Shown one piece after another: positions 60,283 to 64,000 of a stretch of DNA of 64,000 nt; within the stretch, counting starts at the first letter, position 1; each line of letters begins with the position of its first letter. Position numbers and translations under genes: made by a program. Under the pieces are notes generated by a model. It was not told where the DNA came from and did not search any database. It saw only the letters and a list, made by a program, of their open reading frames with translations. The stretch comes from Psammoneis japonica. Lineage: Eukaryota. The DNA is taken from positions 62,001 through 126,000 of the forward strand of contig QPGO01000168.1 in NCBI GenBank assembly GCA_008632985.1. The letters run 5' to 3'.

Positions 60283-63200
60283 CCCCCCTTGAACCGAATG
60301 AGGGAAGATGTTGAAAGCAAGTTGTGAGAGCATGTGAGCTGGAAGATGCCAAAGAGCACGACCAACCATCACCCAGATCTTGTTGGCACTTTGGGTCTTG
60401 GCAGTGCAGTCAGTCGGTTGACTTTCTGCAGGGACCCATGCAAGAAGGTGATGACCAAGTGTTGACCTTCTCAGAGATGCATCGAAAACGTTGCTGGATG
60501 TGTTGGGTTCGTTGGGTCTGTTGGTCATTTTGGGCCATTTGAACAGCTGCCAGTTGTCCAACATGGTGATGCTTGGGGTTGTAGACAGATGTTGAGAGTC
60601 AATGGAACAGTTGCAAGTGACAAGGCAGGAAAAATCACAGGCCAGCATTTGCAGGTGGGCAACAACCATGGCTCCAGCGCATGCACCCATCCATTCAGAT
60701 TCAGCGGTGGACATTGCGGCAGGGGTTGGGACAGCAGAGTTGGCTTCTGCAATTGCCCCATTGAAGAAAGCCACAAATCCAATGGCCAATTTTGCAGTGT
60801 CAGGGAAATCTTGCCAGCTGGCATCAGTGAAAACAACAAACTCAGAATGGCTCATGTTGTGTGCCTCACAAATCATGTGAATTGGACTTGCAGTCAGATC
60901 AGAGCAGAATTTGATGGCAAGGTCTTGATGTTTGTGAAGATGACCAAAAAAATGTGCAAGAGCATCAAAGTTTTTCATGCCCGGGTTGGTGCAGGCCTTG
61001 GCGAGTTTGCAGATGATCTGTGCAATGTCGGCTTGGGTGTTGTGGGCAAGACAGAGGATGGAGCAGACGGCGGAGCAGAAATGAAGGCCAAAGCACTTGG
61101 TTGCAATGACCTTGACATCTGTTTCATCCTTGGCAATCAAAAATTCAGAGAGCTCAGCAAGCAGACCACCAGAGGCCACTGCAAACAGTGCCATGTGTCC
61201 CTTTCTTGAGGTGGAGAGGGACACCAAAATGTTTGGCACATTCAGGGAAGTGCTGCTTGAGGATCAGGTTGAAGCAGACAAAGAGATGGCTGCAAGCAGG
61301 AGCTTGGAGGCAAGTGCCAACAAAATCACCATTCTTGATGCATTGTTTGGCCTGAGCAGTGAAAGCAAGGAATGGTTTGATGGCATGGGACGATGCGTTC
61401 AGGGACCAATTTTCATCGTGGGAGGACTGGCATTGCATGTTGCTGCATGCACAGTGGCAAGCTTTGAGTTTCTCCAAGGAGCCATTGGACTTCTCCTTGG
61501 TGTGGAGAGCAAGGGTGGCGCTGATGATTTTGTCATCGGGGCAAGGACATTCGTGGAGAGTGCAGGTCTTGTTGTCCACAATGAGGTTTTTAAGCTCAGA
61601 GCATGCAGTGCACAGCTGTGCATCATGAGCTGCAGGAGGTTGTCTGAGAATGGCTTGGAAAGAACAAGGGACAGGCAAGCAGTCATCATTTGGCACAGAC
61701 AAGGTGGCTTGGACAGCTTCCAGAGCCCGCTGCAATGGATCAGGGCACTGGCACCAATTGCAGTTGATCCACGGGGATGCAACTGATGATGCGCTGCAGG
61801 CTTGCTCCTTTCAATAGAGTCATTGAACAGGACTTGCTCAAGACAATCAGCTGTGGGTTTGGAGGATGCAGCACAGATGTTTTCTTTGTCAGCAAAGTGC
61901 ACAGCAGTGTGGGTGCCAGCATTGGAGCAAGTGGAGTGATGCAGGACAGGAGGGACAGGGTTGTCTGGGGGGGTTGAAGTGTCGGAATCGGAGTTGTTGC
62001 CATCCGGCTGGGGTGCAGTAGTTTCCAGAGAGGTGTCGGATTGATCGACAGTGAGGAAACCCTTGACAGTGCCTGCATGCTTGTCAGTGGGTGTGTCGTC
62101 ATGGTTGGTGAGGCTGGAGGCATCATTGGAGATGGATCAGATGGGGAGTGTGCCCAAAAAAGAGACATGATCATGCACCAAAGAAGATTTGAAGCATTCG
62201 TCAAAATTGACATCATGTCCTCTTCTGAATCAGCACCATTGTTGTTCACAGAACAGTCTGTCTTGCATGGAGTGTTGGTTCCCTTGTCAATGGATTCTAA
62301 CTCATCCGGAAATTGCCCTCTGTCAGGATCACATTCCAAGGAGGATTGTCTTCATCTTCCTCACCAAAGCAAGAGATGCGCACCTCATGACCATCCTTCC
62401 TTGGCAGCAACAGACAAAAGACAAAGGCCATTCCCACCCAGTGATGAGAGTTTAGAAAGGTCAGTGACACGGTGCTGCCTTTGAAATTGGTGTGCAAAAA
62501 GGCAGAATTGCAAAGGGAGTGGTGGCTGCTGAACATGTTTTCCACAAGTCTGTCAACCTCACTTCTGATGGAGTTGGTCATGCTGTCTACAAACACACCT
62601 GTCTCTCTTTTCAGAGTTCCATTTTCAAACAGGTGCATCATGTTGCTGGCAGTGGAAAGGATGACCCCAAATGGTTTCTCTCTGAAGTCAGCATGAAGCA
62701 AGCAGTTGGTTGCAAAATTGTGTTGCCTCATGTGGTGCAACTGTTCCTCCTGGTGATTCCCTCTCTTTGTCATCAAGACTGTTGTCATTGGCCTTGCCCT
62801 GAACAAGCAACAAATCACAAGCACGGACCAGCTTGCATTCTTTCCAAAGGTCATCCAGCTCATTGCATCCTGTCATGCAAAAACAGGAACACCTTTGGTG
62901 GCAGTTCTTTGTGCCAAGGCAGTCACTGCTCTTTGCGTCCCCGTTGATTGGGATTGTTGTGGGAATCACACAAAGGCAGTGGATTTTGTCTCTGCATTGG
63001 ACACAACACCGAAAGCTGCCACACTCCATTGTGTCAAGCAGTGGCTGAAGTGTCATCTTTAAAACCTTGTGACAGCCACACAGACTTTGCCTCTTCTCCA
63101 ACTTGTGCATTGGGCTGCTGCTCGGCTGCCAATGATGACATTTTTTCCAAGCCAGGAATGTGTCCAAGAACTCTCCACTTTGCCTTGTTGCACCACTTTT

Positions 63201-64000
63201 TGAAGGCAACATGTGCCAATGTCACTGTCACGGGATCTCTGCAAGAAGATCCCATGGAAGCTGTTTTTGTTCTGTTTGTCAACACAAACTGCCAAACACT
63301 CCAGGAACTGTTTTTGTGGATCCTTGACTCCAGCCAAGTGCGTGCTCCTGTGCCACTCTCCAGCCAAAACACATTTGTCATTGATTCCCTTGGCAACATG
63401 CATGCCAAAAAGACAAGTTGGGTCCACAAGATTGCTTTTGTCTGCCCATGTGCAAGTGTCCAACATGTGTGATTGCCACACATCTTCAAAGTTTCAATGT
63501 GGTGCCATCGCTGTTTTCTCACCAAGTTCCCCTCTGGCATTTTCCAGGTTGACTGTGCCAGGAAACGACTTGGAAAGTTTGTCCATCAGTTTGCTCTGAC
63601 AGGGCATTTTTGTTCCCAGCTTGATTGTGCTGCCACAGTGCCTTTTGACAAATCCAACAATGTCATTGCACAAGTGCAGCGGCACTCTGCAATCATCTGT
63701 CAGCTTGCACAGCTCTGCACAGGCACGTTCAGGATGCTCAGCAATGGCAAACCAGCAAAGGCAACCTTGGCAGGGTGTTGGCATGCCTTGCCCAATCTGC
63801 TGTCATCCCCAAGAAAAACATGTCCCCTTGAAATGATGTCAATTTGTTCCTCTGTGCATCAGCAACAACTCCATGGTTGTGTCTGGCAATGCACCAAAGG
63901 AGTTGGCTTCTTACTTGCTGCTTTCCTCCAAAAGCATCTACAGTGACATAAAATGATTCTCCTCTTTGTCACAAATGGAGAAGAGGGGGGAAATGTTGTC
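60037..64000 (-). mobile_element. Second Ty1/copia retrotransposon (different family), heavily degenerate, running off the window end
   Basis: RNase H FTDASWQD...AMSTAESEWMGA...MLDN...DCTAK; RT start GSLEKLKAC and DFVGTCLQA; TA-depleted. Confidence 0.8.

Overview
Eukaryotic, intron-containing genomic DNA, most likely from a diatom. This is inferred from CoDi-type Ty1/copia elements, short GT-AG introns and the gene repertoire. The window is a mosaic of two sharply bounded compartments. (1) Gene islands with normal composition hold a secreted Cu/Zn-SOD-like gene, a giant IQ-repeat/BAR-PH-like gene and its shorter tandem paralog, a small Cys-rich gene, an LRR transmembrane protein, a frameshifted CAMK-type kinase and two glycosyltransferase-like genes. 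(2) About two thirds of the window is repeat or relic DNA in which the TpA dinucleotide is almost completely erased and replaced by TpG or CpA. In a complete copia LTR retrotransposon (29798-36288, 276-bp LTRs, CAGTC target-site duplication), conserved Tyr codons have systematically become Cys or His (for example RT YVDD to CVDD and LYGL to LHGL). Its two LTRs differ mostly by reciprocal CA/TG or TA-versus-CA/TG changes, while CpG remains abundant. This points to a post-insertion, double-stranded, repeat-targeted A:T to G:C hypermutation at TpA, the opposite direction to fungal RIP, and is the main candidate novel system. Most short Cys/His/Gln-rich ORFs in the ORF track are by-products of the loss of TAA/TAG stop codons.
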